64,000 nucleotides of DNA from Octopus vulgaris (GCA_951406725.2 OX597818.1:44950001-45014000), one strand, 5' to 3'; positions 1-13,850 are shown, numbered from the stretch's first letter. Made by a program: numbers and translations. The notes: generated from the sequence alone by a model not told the origin.

Positions 1-366
1 GTTCTAGGTTCAGTCCCACTGTGTGGCACCTTGAGCAAATGCCTTCTACTATAGCCTCAGGCCAATCAAAGCCTTGTCAGTGGATTTTGTAGATGGAAAT
101 TAAAATAAGAAGCGCATCATATGTATGTGTGTGTTTGTGTGTGTGTGTTTTGATCTGTGTTTGTTGCCCGACACTGCTGGACAACTGGTGTTGGTGTGTT
201 TACATCCCCATAACTTAGCGGTTCTGCAAAGAGACTGATAGAATGAGTACCAGGGTTAAGAAAAAAAATTAATAAGTACTGTAGTCGATTAATTCGACTT
301 AAATTATTCAAGGCAGTGCTCCAGTATGGCCATGCCCTAATGAGTGAAACAAATTAAAAGTAAAGA
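1..366 (+). mobile_element. tRNA-derived SINE, family A (cut by the window edge)
   Basis: ggttcagtccc B-box-like head, tggcaccttg(a/g)gcaa core, internal (TG)n, tail gaaacaa...aaaagtaaag; more than 15 related copies in the window. Confidence 0.8.
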
Positions 367-588
367 ATATAAGGTAGAAGACAAGAGGATGCAAGCATGA
401 TCAGAATGATGAGAATGAGCGCAGCTGTTTGGATGCTGGTGATTTGACATAGGTGACTGGATGTTGGGCCTGATTTGGTGCCGGAGGTAAACACCCCTGC
501 ACACATACACACATATGCACACACACACACACATGCATGCATATACATACACACGTGCATGCACAGTAATATATATATATACAGACAA

Positions 589-1197
589 TCAAATCATATA
601 TCCGTATCCGCTGCCAGCCTCGTCTGGCACCCGTGTCGATGATACATAAAAGCACCGTCCGTTCGTGGCCGTTTGCCAGCTCTGTCTGCCCCCGTGTCGG
701 TGACACGTAAAAGCACCATCCGCTCGTGTTCGTTGCCAGCCTCGGCTGGCCCCTGTGCCGGTGACACGTAAAAGCACCATCCGTTCGTGTTCGTTGCCAG
801 CCTCGGCTGGCCCCCGTGCCAGTGACACGTAAAAGCACCGTCCGTTCGTGGCCGTTTGCCAGCTCTGTCTGGCCCCGTGTCGGTGGCACGTAAAAGCACC
901 ATCCGCTCGTGTTCATTGCCAGCCTCGGCAGGCCCCGTGCCGGTGACACGTAAAAGCACCATCCGTTCGTGGCCGTTGTGCCAGCTCTGTCTGGCACCTG
1001 TGCAGGTGGCACGTAAAAAACACCCACTACACTCGCAGAGTGGTTGGCGTTAGGAAGGGCATCCAACCGTAGAAACACTGCCAAATCTGACTGGGCCTGA
1101 TGAAGCCTTCCGGCTTCACAGACCCCAGTTAAACCGTCCAACCCATGATAGCATGGAAAACGGACGCTAAATGATGATGATGATGATGATGATGATG
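589..1197 (+). mobile_element. RTE-LINE 3' UTR fragment or RTE-tail element (family B) with about 7 internal 60-bp repeats and a (GAT)n tail
   Basis: Repeat gtg(c/t)cggtg(a/g)cacgtaaaagcacc(a/g)tccg every ~60 bp; ends ...catggaaaacggacgctaaatgatgatg. The same tail follows an RTE ORF end at 44820-45527. Confidence 0.8.
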
Positions 1198-1312
1198 AAA
1201 GAGAGGGATGTAGAGAAAGAGGGAAAGAAAGAAAGAAAGAGAGAGGGTGAGGGAGAGAGAGAAAGAGAGGGGCAGAAAACAAGAAAGACTTTAAAATGTC
1301 TGATGTTAAATA

Positions 1313-1706
1313 AGTGGCTGTGTGGTCTGTGGCTTGTTTACCAACCTCATGTTTCTGTGTTCAGTCCCACTGCATGGCACTTTGGGCAAGTGTCTTCTGC
1401 TATAGCCTTAGGCCGACCAAAGCTTTGTGAGTGGATTTGGTAGACGGAAACTGGAAGAAGCCCGTTGTATATATGTATATATATGTGTGTGTATATGTTT
1501 GTGTGTCTATGTTTGTCCCCCCAACATCGCTTGATAACAAATACTGGTGTGTTTACGTCCCCGTAACTTAGCGGTTCGGCAAAAGAGACCGATAGAATAA
1601 GTACTAGGCTTACAATGAATGAGTCTTGGGGTTGATTTGCTTGACTAAAGGCAGTGCTCCAACATGGCCACAGTCAAATGACTCAAACAAGTAAAAGAGT
1701 ACAGAG
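1313..1706 (+). mobile_element. SINE family A, near full length
   Basis: agtggctgtgtgg head through ...aacaagtaaaagagt tail. Confidence 0.8.
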
Positions 1707-2126
1707 TAAGTCAAGTACTAATCTAATTTTCAACAGTTACTAAAATTATAAGGAAATTTTGAAAAAGATTATACAACTCTTTATTCCTCACACTAATGAA
1801 TATCATAGAAATATCTATGTTTGCTGGAGTGTTCAGCCAAAGTCTGACATTTACATATTGCTGAGTAAAGTATTTCCACAGTTCTGTATACCTCCAGTTG
1901 CTAATTGATTGATTTAATGTGAAATGAAAGACAAAAGTACATCATTTGTCATCTAGACAAACTGTGGCAAGCAGAGTTATCTGCCTTGAATTAGAACACA
2001 ACACAGCGTTCTAAGATTTCAGCTCAATACTATGCAATCTACTGAATGGATGTGTATGAATGGATAAGAGTGATACATATTTGAAATATAATCACCCGCA
2101 CTCTCTACTCTGTTATTCACTTTATA

Positions 2127-3590
2127 CAAGGTGGTATCAAAAAGTTCCCAGAATAGTTCTGTAGTGCACCAACAGATGGCAGCACAGTTGCATGTGCAGT
2201 GAGAGCTAGCAGTGATCTTCATGAAGCAATGTGCCAAATGACATTGCTGTGTTTTTGTTTTTGTAAGTTGTGAAATTTGTGATTTTGTGATCTGTAGGAG
2301 TGGCTGTGTAGTAAGTAGATTGCTTACCAACCACATGGTTCTGGGTTCAGTCCCACTGCATGGCACCTTGGGCAAGTGTCTTTTACTATAGCCTCGGGCT
2401 GACCAAAGCCTTGTGAGTGGATTTGGTAGACAGAAACTGAAAGAAGCCTGTCGTATATATGTATATATATGTGTGTATATATATTTGTGTGTCTGTGTTT
2501 GTCCCCACAACATCGCTTGACAACCGATGCTGGCATGTTTAAAACCCCAGTAACTTAGCGGTTCAGCAAAAGAGACCGATAGAATAAGTACTTGGCTTAT
2601 AAAGAATAAGTCCTGGGGTCGATTTGCTCAACTAAAGGCAGTGCTCCAGCATGGCCACAGTCAAATGACTGAAACAAGTAAAAGAGTATGTGTATGCTGT
2701 AGTCAACAATTTTGTCATGGTCAAGAACAAAAAGCTAGCATGAAATTTTGTGTTAAACTTGGGACGTCTGCTACCATGACATTGAGCATGCTTCAGCAAG
2801 CTTATGGCAATCAGGTATTGAGTTGTATGCAATGTTTCAAGTTACATGGGCTCTTCGAAAATTGAAGAATGTCCCTGGAGGACGATGAGTGATCTGGAAG
2901 ACCTGCCACATGTGTCATCCCTGGGAATGTGGTATTGTGCACCGAAAATTCATTCTCCATGGCCAGACCATCAACTGGGAGTCCTTCTGTGATGTTTTGA
3001 AGTGTTTGAAGAAGGATATTCATAAAAAACGACTGGATCTGTGGAGCGCAAAGAATTAGATTCTTCACCAAGCTCTCCTTACTTGTGAGTTTCTCAGCAA
3101 AAACTTGGTATCACTTCCACAGCCATCCTATTTGCCAGACTCCCATCTCTTTCCCAAGACGGTGCTGATTTGGTGCTGGAGGTAAACACCCATGCACACA
3201 TACACACATACACACATGCATGCATATACATACACACATGCATGCACAGTAATATACATATACAGACAAAGAGAGGGATGTAGATTCTGGGTTCAGTCCC
3301 ACTGTATAGCACCTTGAGCAAGTGTCTTCTACTATAGCCTCAAACCAATCAAAGCCTTGTCAGTGGATTTTAACACTGTTGTTGAGATCAAGAGCAAATT
3401 GCAGAAGATCCTCGACTCATTTACAGAAAACAACTTTCTGGCCAGATTCCCAAAGTGGCAGAAACACTGAGATTAGTGTATTGCTGCACAAAGTGACTAT
3501 TTTGAAGGAGATTATGTTAAAACATAGATAAATAATATTTTTTTTTTTTATTAAACATAATTAGTCCAGGAACTTTTTGATATCACTTCA
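2127..3590 (+). mobile_element. Decayed mariner transposon with internal deletions and nested insertions
   Basis: TIRs caaggtggtatcaaaaagttcc (2127-2148) and ggaactttttgatatcacttca (3569-3590), TA on both sides. Transposase remnants EQKASMKFCVKLGTSATMTLSMLQQAYG...LEDDE*SGRP and C-terminal CIAAQSDYFEGD. Confidence 0.85.
2295..2688 (+). mobile_element. SINE family A nested in the mariner fossil
   Basis: Full head-to-tail family A copy lying between the left TIR and the transposase start. Confidence 0.85.
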
Positions 3591-4645
3591 TACCTTAAGG
3601 GTCCACCTTGACATCTCTTCACCACTAATTTATCTCATTCCTCATCCATCCCAGTCACTCCCCACTTTTTTCTATAATGCTAATAGCCAAGTAGCACCTC
3701 AGTAGCAAGAAACCAGTACTGATTGGGACCTTTCTCTCATACTTTGACCTCTCATCTCCTAGTATAAAGTTGCACCTCCTCCTCCCAACTGTAGCCCCTC
3801 TCAATCGAAGGGAATCTTAGTCTTGCATGCTGTATGACAACCTTACTAGTGTTGGTGCCACAGGAAGAAAAAAAGCATTCGGTACATGTTGTAAAGTGGG
3901 TGACATTAAGAAGGACATCTAGCTGTAGAAGCCATGACAAAGCAGACACTGGAGTATAATATTCTTCTTCAACCATCAGATCTTGTCAAATTATCTAACC
4001 CAGCATGGAACATGGACGCTAAATGATGATGAGGAGGTTGACGATCAGGCTACTTTTAGGAAAGGTAAGTCTGATTTATAAAATTTGATTACATTGTTCT
4101 AATAAAGTGTGAACATGTTTACAACAATGCCTTCCAGCGTTGGTGTGTTTGAATCTTTTAATTGGATTTCTTTATTGTAATGGTGAACTACATCTCTTGA
4201 ATGTTGAATGAATGTAAAGTTTATGTGTCATTGACCAATCTAACAATATTTCCCAAATTAAGATGAACAGTCTTTGTCAATATACTGTTGTGTAACCACT
4301 ATGGAATGTACACACACAAAACATACAGATAAACGTACATTCATAGATACACAAATATATACACACAAACACACATACACACACTTGCATGCACATACTT
4401 TCCACTACTCTGTCATTTGCCTCAGGATTCTTGACTAAGAAGGCCCACAACTGTAGTTTATGAAATTGTGATATTATGGCTAATATTAGGAGCACAGAGC
4501 ATTGGTAAAATGCTTTATGATATTTCTTCTAGCTCCTTACATTCTGAGTTCAAATTCTACCAAGACCAACTTTGCTTTTCATCCTTTCAGGGTTAATAAA
4601 ACAAAATATGAATCCAGTACTAAAGTCATTGGTATCAACTACATA

Positions 4646-4840
4646 CCATCATCATCATCATCATCATTTAACGTCCGCTTTCCATGCTAGCATGGGTTGG
4701 ACGATTTTGACTGAGGGCTGGCGAACCAGATGGCTGAAACAGGCTCCAATCTTGATCTGGCAGAGTTTCTACAGTTGGATGCCCTTCCTAATGCCAACCA
4801 CTCCGAGAGTGTAGTGGCTCCTTTTTACATGCCACCGGCA
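4646..4840 (-). mobile_element. Family B (RTE-tail) fragment
   Basis: (CAT)n followed by ttaacgtccgctttccatgctagcatgggttgg. Confidence 0.75.
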
Positions 4841-7056
4841 ATTTCAAGCTTTGTGCCAATATTAGTAAAAAAAATATATATATATATATTAAGAGTAGCA
4901 GCAAGCTCTGAGTGTGTGTTACAAGACTCAATGCTAAGGAATAAAAACCAAATCAAGTTGAATAGAAAAGTAAAATTAAAATAGGTTAATTAATAGAAGA
5001 GAGTGTTTGTTGGAAATAATGGTGCTTTTGTTGGAAATAATGTTTGTTGGAAATAATGGCGCTTTTGAATCCTTTGGCCAAACTCTCAAGACTGTATGTT
5101 TATTGACAAAAGCAGGCCAGGGATTGATTAGGTTTAATTGTGGGAATCAATAGTCATTGTGATAATTTGAGAGAACAATATGGATGGAACGAAGGGAAGA
5201 AGACAATGTAAGTAGACGAAAGAGGAAAATAGAAATAAAGAAAATGGAATACAAATAAAGGTGGACAGAAGGCAAGAAGGGCTGAAAAGAAATAACAATA
5301 GCAAGGAGATAGAGAAAAATAGGTGGAAAGTAAAAAGGGAAGGGACAATATAATAAGTATTAAAAGGAAAGAGAAAGAGACTATTTTTAAAAGAACAAAA
5401 TGGGAGGATGTAAATAGAGATTGTAGTAGAGAATGAAAAAGTAGAAATTGAGACAAATTATACTAAAACATTTCTTATATTTCCTGTAAAAAATATTATA
5501 AGCATAAGCAGAAAATTATTTCCTGGACACTTAAAATTTTTTGTTGATAAATAGAAATTGATTAAAATATTTTAAATATTATTGGGCTTTCGCTTTTCTC
5601 TAGTGCTCAAAGATACTGTTGAGCAATTAGCAGAACCTTAGCTTAATGCCCCTCTGGTGTGATGTATGATAGCTGTGCAATTAAAATGACAGAGTCGTTG
5701 CTTAAGAGTCTTCTGAGAGTAGGGAAAGACAACTGCACTAAGATAATTTGAATACTAAAATAGAATCCTACAGTTATGACCAAAATCTTATAGTTATTCT
5801 GTAATATCTTGTCATAGGTACCATGAATGTATCATCCAGCAAGGCATTTACTTAACTTTCCGAATTCATATTACTTAGTTAAAAATAAGTAATAAAAGTG
5901 AATGATTTCTGCCACCGTTTTGTATACAGAGATTGGAAATCCTCATCCCTCTTTACTTGTCTTTCTTGTTTCATACATTGAACAATATCAGTGAACTACA
6001 GAGTGTTTCTATATAATCACAACTGGGACATATGATATCTGCAGTTTTACAATGAATCTGAAGTGTAGGTCAAGCACTAAGTTACCTGTTCTATGAATAG
6101 CCTAGGTTAAATTCTTATTTTCTTTGTCCATCATTCTTTACTAAACAATACCATAAGCATTTTCTAAACAATACCATCTTAATTATTGTGATAAAAGACA
6201 AGTATTAGTTATCTATGCTCAAACTTGTCTGACCAGTTTGAAATCTTTCTTAATAATAATAATGGCAAAGGGCAACAGAAATGCTTGCCAGAAATTGTCC
6301 TTTATATTTTCCAAAAGGAAAATTATGAATTCTCCAGTGGCAGTTGCTAGCAACAATGACCAAGTCAAAACATAAAGGTAAAACAATTAGTACATAGTAA
6401 TGAATTGTTTTCTTATTTTTAGGTCAAGTTAAACAAATAATTAAGCAACTGTGTTCTGTTTAACGACCATTTCTGTAATGTAATCATCAATAGATATATG
6501 TCCGACAGCTAATATATTGAAAATGTGTGAGTGAAAGAGAAAATATTAGTTTATGCATTTATTGTCATATGAAAACAATCAAACTTGTATATCAATAATG
6601 AAGTACCAAACAGCTGGGCACTGAATATCTTCATTGTATTTTTTTGTCTTAATATCTGCTTTAGATTATCTTTCATTGTTATTTGATTCAGCTTGAGTTC
6701 AATACAAAGCATTGATCATTTTTCATCAATAAATATGTCACAAAAGATTTCATCTGTCATTGTGTCAGAAAACAACAATCTGGTTTGTTTGAGTTAATTG
6801 CTAATTTTATTAAAGCAAAAAGTGAAATCAAGTAATAAATATTCTTGTGATTCTTAAATATTCTAAATATATAAAGTAAACTGGATTTGAAAGGCTTTTC
6901 CAAAACGTAAATGTTTTTAATACTTTTATATTATTTTCTTTTACGCAACTCATTTATTCAATATGCATTAAAGAAGTTCTTAGAAGCTTCATCGTTTTTA
7001 TGATCTTCTGCTCTGTTGTATTACTTGTTTTCTCTTCTTTTTTTTTCTGTATGTTG

Positions 7057-7291
7057 ACGAGCTGGCAGAATCATCTTCTGGTGACGAGCTGGCAGAAACG
7101 TTAGCATGCCGGGCAAAATAATTAGCGGTTTTTCGTCTGTCTTTACGTTCTGAGTTCAAATTCCGCTGAGGTCGACTTTGCTTTTCATTCTTTCGGGGTC
7201 GATAAAATAAGTACCAACTGAGCACTGGGGTCAATGTAATCGACTTGCCCTTTCCTCCAAAATTTTGGGGCCTGTGCCTATAGTAGAAAAG
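7057..7291 (+). mobile_element. tRNA-derived SINE, family C (possibly Deu/Nin-like central domain)
   Basis: gagctggcagaaacgttagc A-box, gagttcaaattcc B-box, then gactttgcttttcattctttcggggtcgataaaataagtacca; the head is duplicated. Confidence 0.75.
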
Positions 7292-9399
7292 GTTGCTAGT
7301 TTATTGTCTTCTGAGAGTCAATTTTTACTTATTATTTTTTTTTAATCTGTTGGTCAGGAGGGAAAGCAGTGCCCATGACTCTTTGTAGGGCATCTCAGAC
7401 CGGTGAGAGAGAAGGAAGGAGATATCCTGAAACAAGGATCCTCGCCTGAATACTTGCAACAGAGTGGACTCTACTGAGGGTACTCATCTTGTCAGGTGGT
7501 TGTGTTAAACTAGGCATCAGATTATGTCTACAACCAAAGCAAGCTACTGCAGGATTTGAACCCAAGATGCGACAAGTGAAAATAAACATTGCAAGGCATC
7601 TAGTTTGATATTTCTACAGTTCTGCCAAGCTACCTGGATTGATACCTTTTTTTATTCCACTCCACCCTACACCACCAAAAATAAAAATGGAAAACAAAGA
7701 TGACATTGGCTGGATTTCAACCGAGAATGTTGTCATAACAAATACCACAAGGTATTCTATCCAATGCTCAAACAACTATATCAATTCACCACCTTACAAG
7801 ACAGAGTGTCTCAGTGAAAGAAATCATAATACAGCTCTAATAGCTGATAAATTTCTGTCACCTCTCCTTACACTACTTAAATTTATGCTGTTTCATTAAT
7901 TTACGGACCTTTTATGCTGACAAAAATCATCAGCAATTTCCTCAGACTGGCTTTCTTTCTTTTCTTTTAATAAGCTATTTAGTTCTGTATGACAGTTCTT
8001 CGGAATTATATAAACAGTTTCAGTATAACTTTATGCATTTATTAAATGCAATTAGTACATAATTAGGAAACCAACATTATTTATTCTCATTTCAAATAAA
8101 TTAAATATACTATATATATACTAATAGAAAATTACTCATGTTCTTACTGTAAAGGCAATTCACCTTGGGGAATCTGATCTAATAAATAATGCAAAGATGA
8201 TTGTAAATATTCCAAACATGATTGGACAGTGTCCTGAATGTCTTTAATGGAATTTTATTTTAATTATACACATTAATAACTGGTTTCAAAACTATGTAAA
8301 ATAAATAGTTAAACATTTAATGAGTCATCTTGATCATTCAATGTTCGTTTTCCATGCTGTCAGGGGTTGGATGGTTTGACAAGAGCTGGCAAACTGGAGG
8401 GCTACACCATGCTCCAGTTATCTGTTTTGGCATGGTTTCAACAGCTGGATGCCTTTCTTAACACCAACCTCTTTACAGAGTGTACTAGCTGCTTTTCCTG
8501 TGATGCCAGCATGGGTGCTTTTCATGTGGTACCATGTGGTGCTTTTTTTTTTTTGTGGTTCCAACACAGGTGCTTTTTACACAACACCAGCACTCTTGGG
8601 ATCAACAAATAGCTTTCAAGACAAAAACATCTGTAACTTAGCAGTTCGGCAAAAGAGGCTGATAGAATAAGCACTAGGCTTACAAAGAATAAGTCCTGGG
8701 GTTGATTTGCTCGAGTAAAGGCGGTGCTCCAGCATGGCCACAGTCAAATGACTGAAACAAGTAAAAGACTAACAGAGTAATAGTGTTAAAGATTTGTAGA
8801 AATAAAAATGTTTATTGCAAACTAATGAGAAGTCCAAATTTATGCTATCAAGACTTTGTTTTCAATTTTCCATGAAAACTTGTCTGGTCATCTGGAAATA
8901 TTATCTTACTTGGAAACAGGTGAGGTTTGATGACAGGAAAGGCATCTAGCCACAGAAAAGTCACCTCAACAAATTGTAACCCATGCAGACATGGAAAACT
9001 AGATGCTAAAACGATGATCGTGACATTGAGGATGATGATAGTGTGTGTGTGAACTTGTATATAAATATGTATATGTATTATATATATGTCTATTTGTGTA
9101 TGTATATGTAATAAAATCAAACACACACATATACACATATATAAACATACATGCACACACACACGCACATATATACATGCACACACACATAAATATATAT
9201 AGAGATGAACACCATTCCTCTGCGACTGGTTTAAAACATTCTTAAGATATTAACACACTTTTTCAAAATGAAACTAATTGTAGCCTTAATACACAAATAA
9301 AGAAATTTTATCCACCAATGTGATGTACAGCATTCTATCTCATTATTTGACATTATATATATATATATATATATACGTTCAGGAGATATATATATCAAG

Positions 9400-9853
9400 G
9401 CCTCACGGAGGCAAAGTAGTTCTGTTCCTTTTGAGTATTAGGACTTAGGCCTCATGCAGGCAAGGTGGCTGAGTTCCTTTTGAGCATTGAGCCACATGGA
9501 GGCAAAGTGGCTGAATTTCTTTTGAGTGTTGAGCCTCACGGAGCCAATGACCAAGAGCTTTGGCATTATGTCATGCTTGAGAAGAAGACCCATCAAACTG
9601 AGCAAAGTCACAGTCATGGTAGATACCAGTGTCACACAAATGGCACCCATGCCAGTGGAACATAAAAGAACACATTACACTCACAGTGTAGTTGGCATAA
9701 GGAAGGGCATCCAGCCATAGAAAACCATGCCAAATCAGACTGGAGTCTGGTGTGGCCTTCCAGCATACCAGCCCACTGAAACTGTCCAACCCATGCCAGC
9801 ATGGACAACGAACATTAAATGATGATAATGATGATAATGATGATGATGATGAT
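9400..9853 (+). mobile_element. Family B (RTE-tail) fragment
   Basis: aggaagggcatccagc...aacccatgccagcatgg...(GAT)n tail. Confidence 0.7.
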
Positions 9854-10654
9854 GTATGAGAGTTATGCAGTACTCTTTCTATATATATACTTGTAAGAAA
9901 AATTTCCTTGACCTCTCGTGCTGAACAAAAGTAACGTAATAGCTGACGGTAGATGTGTGCACTCAATGCCATATTATTATACACTTATAAAACTCCGTTA
10001 TGAACACAATTACACATATCCTATTTACAAATAAAATATAATTTCATATCAAAGACTGCCAAGTATAATTAAATAAAGTTAATCACCATTTTCCCCACCC
10101 ATGCTAGCATGGAAAGCAGACATTAAACTATGACGATGATGATGATTATTTCAAAAATATAAAACACCCAATATCCATAGAAAACAATATATACACAGAC
10201 AGTATATACAATATATATATTAGCAAATAAAATCAATCTGTATTTAGATATACAATTCATCATCTTCATTGACATCATCATTGCCGTTGCATTGTGCAAC
10301 ATTCTACGTTTGAATGAATCTGATGAAGACTGTGGAAGCAGATTCTTTACAGCTTGATACCCTTCCTCTTACCAGCCTTCTTCTGTTTCCAAACAAGGTA
10401 ATATTTTTCCCTAACCCTCCGAATATGAACAAGATTTTTAATGAGCCCATAATCTCCCCACACAGAATTGCAATCACTTCCCACGTGCATGTCTAACCAG
10501 GAAGGTGGCATCATTCAAAGCCTAAAATGATGCAAACCAAAGTGCAGTGTGACCAGCGATGTGTAACAACATCTGATAGTCTGGTTGTTCACTTGATATA
10601 TAAATATATGTATGCATATATATATGTGTGTGTATATATATATACACACACATA

Positions 10655-11976
10655 CAGGGTGCGATTAGTAAATTGTTGCTATATTATATTTTCAATTTCG
10701 TGCATGTGCATTATTTGTTTTTGATTTTGTTGACTACACAGAATAGCAGGGTCAGTTGGGCACTGTCTGTGAGAAAAACAGCACCATGAAGCAATTTACT
10801 CTGTCACAAATTTGGAAGCAACATGCTATACTGCTTGGCATTTGTGCCAGAAGCTCCAATACAAACATTTCAGAGTGTTTGGGTGTCAATCTGAGGACAG
10901 TGCAGAGGATTTGGAAAGAGTTGGACAAGTTTAATGACGATTACAAAGGTATGGCAGCTCAGAAAACATACTCTGATTGTTCTCTTCAGAAAAGAACTCC
11001 TGAATTTGTTGGTGAGATCCAGGCCATGATTGACAACGATCCCTCCATTAATCAGGTCCATTGCCAGGGATATAGGAGAATCTGAGTTTCTTATCAGGCA
11101 GGCAGTGCATGAAGATATTTGGTATTCTTCATGCAAGATGAGAAAGGGTCAATTTTTATCCCAAACCATTAAGGACAAGAAGAAAGACTGTGCTACAAAT
11201 CTTTTGAACAAACTCAAGGATCATGCCCCCAACTGAACATGCTTTGGTCTTTCTCAGACAAGAAAAATTTCTGCCAGGATCAGATGGTGAATACACAGAA
11301 CAACCATTGACTTACTGTGTTCCCAAAACATGTACTGAGATTGACAAAATCAAACATCCAGCCAACATCATGGTGTTTGGAGTGATCACTAATGATGGTG
11401 ATGTTATGCCTCCATCCATCATCCCGCATGGCCTCACAATCAACATGGAGGCCTACATCAAGTGCTTGGAGGAGGTAGTGCTGCCCTGGGTTAAGAGGGG
11501 GTGCTGCTGGAAGACCCTATGTCTGGCAACAGGACTCTGCACCATGCCACACAAACAGGCTGACAGACAATTTCTGAAACCACATCAGCCCTAACATATG
11601 GCCATCTAACTCCCCAGACTGCAACCCCCTTGATTATTATGTGGGGGGCACAGTTGAACAAGAGACCAACAAAATTCCTTGTAACACCAAAGATGAACAG
11701 AAGGCAAGGATTATGGTAGCATTCACCAACTTAAACAAGGAGACCATCCAGAAGAGTTGCAGGAGATTCCGAAGTCGTCTGGAGGCTGTGATTGAAACCA
11801 ATGCTGATTTTATTAAATAAATTTACACTTTAGTATTTCAAGTTATTTTAAAATTTACTCTTTAGTATTTTCAAGTTATTTTTATGTAATTTTGGCAAAT
11901 ATAGCTGTTAAAATGAAATGTCAGTGTTATTTTCAGTCTTGCGTAATTTAGACAACAATTTATTCACCACATCCTG
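10655..11976 (+). mobile_element. Near-complete decayed Tc1/mariner transposon, maT/DD37D-like, with frameshifted transposase
   Basis: Imperfect TIRs cagggtgcgattagtaaattgt / acaatttattcaccacatcctg. Across frames: HTH ISECLGVNLRTVQRI, FSDK(=DE)KNF, KHPANIMVFGVITNDGDVMPP, QQDSAPCH, WPSNSPDCNPLDYY. Confidence 0.88.
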
Positions 11977-12030
11977 CATGTGTGCGTGTGCATGCGTATG
12001 CATGTGTGTATAAGTATCTGTATGTGCATG

Positions 12031-12039
<9 letters not shown>

Positions 12040-12082
<43 letters not shown>

Positions 12083-12170
12083 CATACATACATACATATA
12101 TATATATATATACATATACATACATACATATATACATACATACATACATATATATATATACATACATACA

Positions 12171-12224
<54 letters not shown>

Positions 12225-12248
12225 CATACACACATATATATATATATA
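12040..12248. repeat. Compound (TA)n/(TACA)n microsatellite
   Basis: Seen directly. Confidence 0.95.
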
Positions 12249-12850
12249 AGCATGTTAATGCATACAAGTATGAGTAATTACTGATATATAATTTATATAT
12301 ATAGATATGTTATCTATGACGTCATTGCTAAATTAATATTTCCTCACCTACATTTTCTTTTTGTTAGTTTTTTGAACACATGGTTAAAATTGAATCCACT
12401 TAGTAAGAATCTAATGTCTCTAGATTTGTACCATGAGATATACCAAAAATAACTCACATATATATATATATATATATATATATACGTATGTATGTATGTA
12501 TGTATGTATGTATGTATGTATGTATGTATGTTTGTATGTGTATGTAGTCTTTTGCGCGTTTCAGCCATTTAACTGTGGCCATACTGGAGCACCACCTTTT
12601 GTCGAACAAATTTATCCCAGAACTTATTCTTTGTTACCTAGTAACTTATACTATCAGGCTCTTTTTGCTGAACCACTAAGTTACAGGGAAATAAACACAC
12701 TAACATCAGTTATCAAGTGATGGTGGGGGGACAAACACTGACACACAAATACATATATACATACATACATACATATATATATATATACATGCATACACAC
12801 ATATATGTGTATATATATGTATGTATATGTATATATATATATATATATAT

Positions 12851-13102
12851 GCAAAGTTCAGAGAGCTCCTACCTCTGCTGGTGACAAAGAGCCTCTCACT
12901 CAGAGTAAAAGGTAGACTGTGTGACGCATGTGTACAAACAGCCATGCTACACCGCATTGGTACATGGACTGTGACTGCTGAGGACATGTGTAAGCTCACA
13001 AGGAATGAAGTCAGTATTCTCCGATGGATGTGTAATATCAGTGTGTATACTCGATAGAGTGTAAGTGCCTTGAGAGAAAAGTTGGACCTGAGAAGCATCA
13101 GA
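12851..13102 (+). mobile_element. RTE-clade LINE ORF fragment (region after the RT)
   Basis: [34 protein letters not shown]...TWTVT...EVSILRWMC...*SVSALREKL; contains a stop. Confidence 0.8.
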
Positions 13103-13230
13103 TGACGACGATGACGAAGATGATGATGAAGACGACAATGATGACGATGAAAATGACAACAATAGTGATGATGATGATGATGATGATGATGACGATGATG
13201 AAGATGACGATGACAATGAAAATGACAACA

Positions 13231-13283
<53 letters not shown>

Positions 13284-13441
13284 GATGACGATGACAATGA
13301 AAATGACAACAATGGTGATGATGATGATTATGATGATTATGATGATGATGATGATTATGATGATGATGATGATGATGATTATGATGATGATGATGATGAT
13401 GATGATTATGATGATGATGATGATGATGACGACAATGATGA
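13101..13441. repeat. (GAT)n-based compound trinucleotide microsatellite
   Basis: gat/gac/aat triplets with an internal higher-order repeat; source of the spurious poly-His, poly-Ser and poly-Met ORFs. Confidence 0.95.
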
Positions 13442-13676
13442 AATCTTTGCAAGAGATATAATTCGTTAATTCGCTATTCCATTGGTAACTGATAAATTTC
13501 TAATCTACCGAACTTATTATAGATTTGTATATAAAGCTAACTTACTAGAAAAGCTGAGCACAATATTACACAGATATTTTTTACTTGGTAGAAATCAGGC
13601 TAAGAAAGAAAACAGTGCATGAAGCATGAAGAAAAGGAAACCAGGTAAACACAATTGCATTAAAAGAAGTACTTAC

Positions 13677-13850
13677 TTCTAACACTGCAGGTAAGACATC
13701 TTCGACTTTTTCTACTAAACAGTTTGATGCTCTGAACTGTAAGACATAATCATTGTGGGCATTATAAAAATCTATTTTGGCAGTTTCTCTTCCACTTGTT
13801 GACATGATGTTAGAGTAACGTGTATAACTGCTGTGGTACTCTTTCTCTAG
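13677..13850 (-). CDS. Internal coding exon D: LEKEYHSSYTRYSNIMSTSGRETAKIDFYNAHNDYVLQFRASNCLVEKVEDVLPAVLE
   Basis: attctttcgtttcag|CTAGAG...TTAGAA|gtaagt. 174 nt, phase 0/0; AHNDYVL...N...LP-x-[VL]L is typical of the later F-BAR helices (Fes/Fer/FCHSD-like). Partly seen in ORF 13581..13805. Confidence 0.9.

Noticed and set aside
1097-1125. CTGATGA motifs here and at about 43217, 49718, 10320 and 7928
   Set aside because: No stem II plus GAAA plus NUH arrangement; the first two are variants of the family B tail.
401-1282. 293-aa ORF, and the 60-bp repeats as a possible CRISPR-like array
   Set aside because: Antisense reading of a family B element; the apparent spacers are themselves repeated, there are no cas genes and the context is eukaryotic.
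12348-12420. Possible exon ending tag|gtgagg downstream of exon D
   Set aside because: The phase-0 reading has a stop, the acceptor is weak and there is no F-BAR-like continuation.
12706-13461. 248-aa His-rich, 121-aa Ser-rich and 119-aa Met-rich ORFs
   Set aside because: All are frames of a (GAT)n microsatellite fused to an RTE fragment; no splice context.
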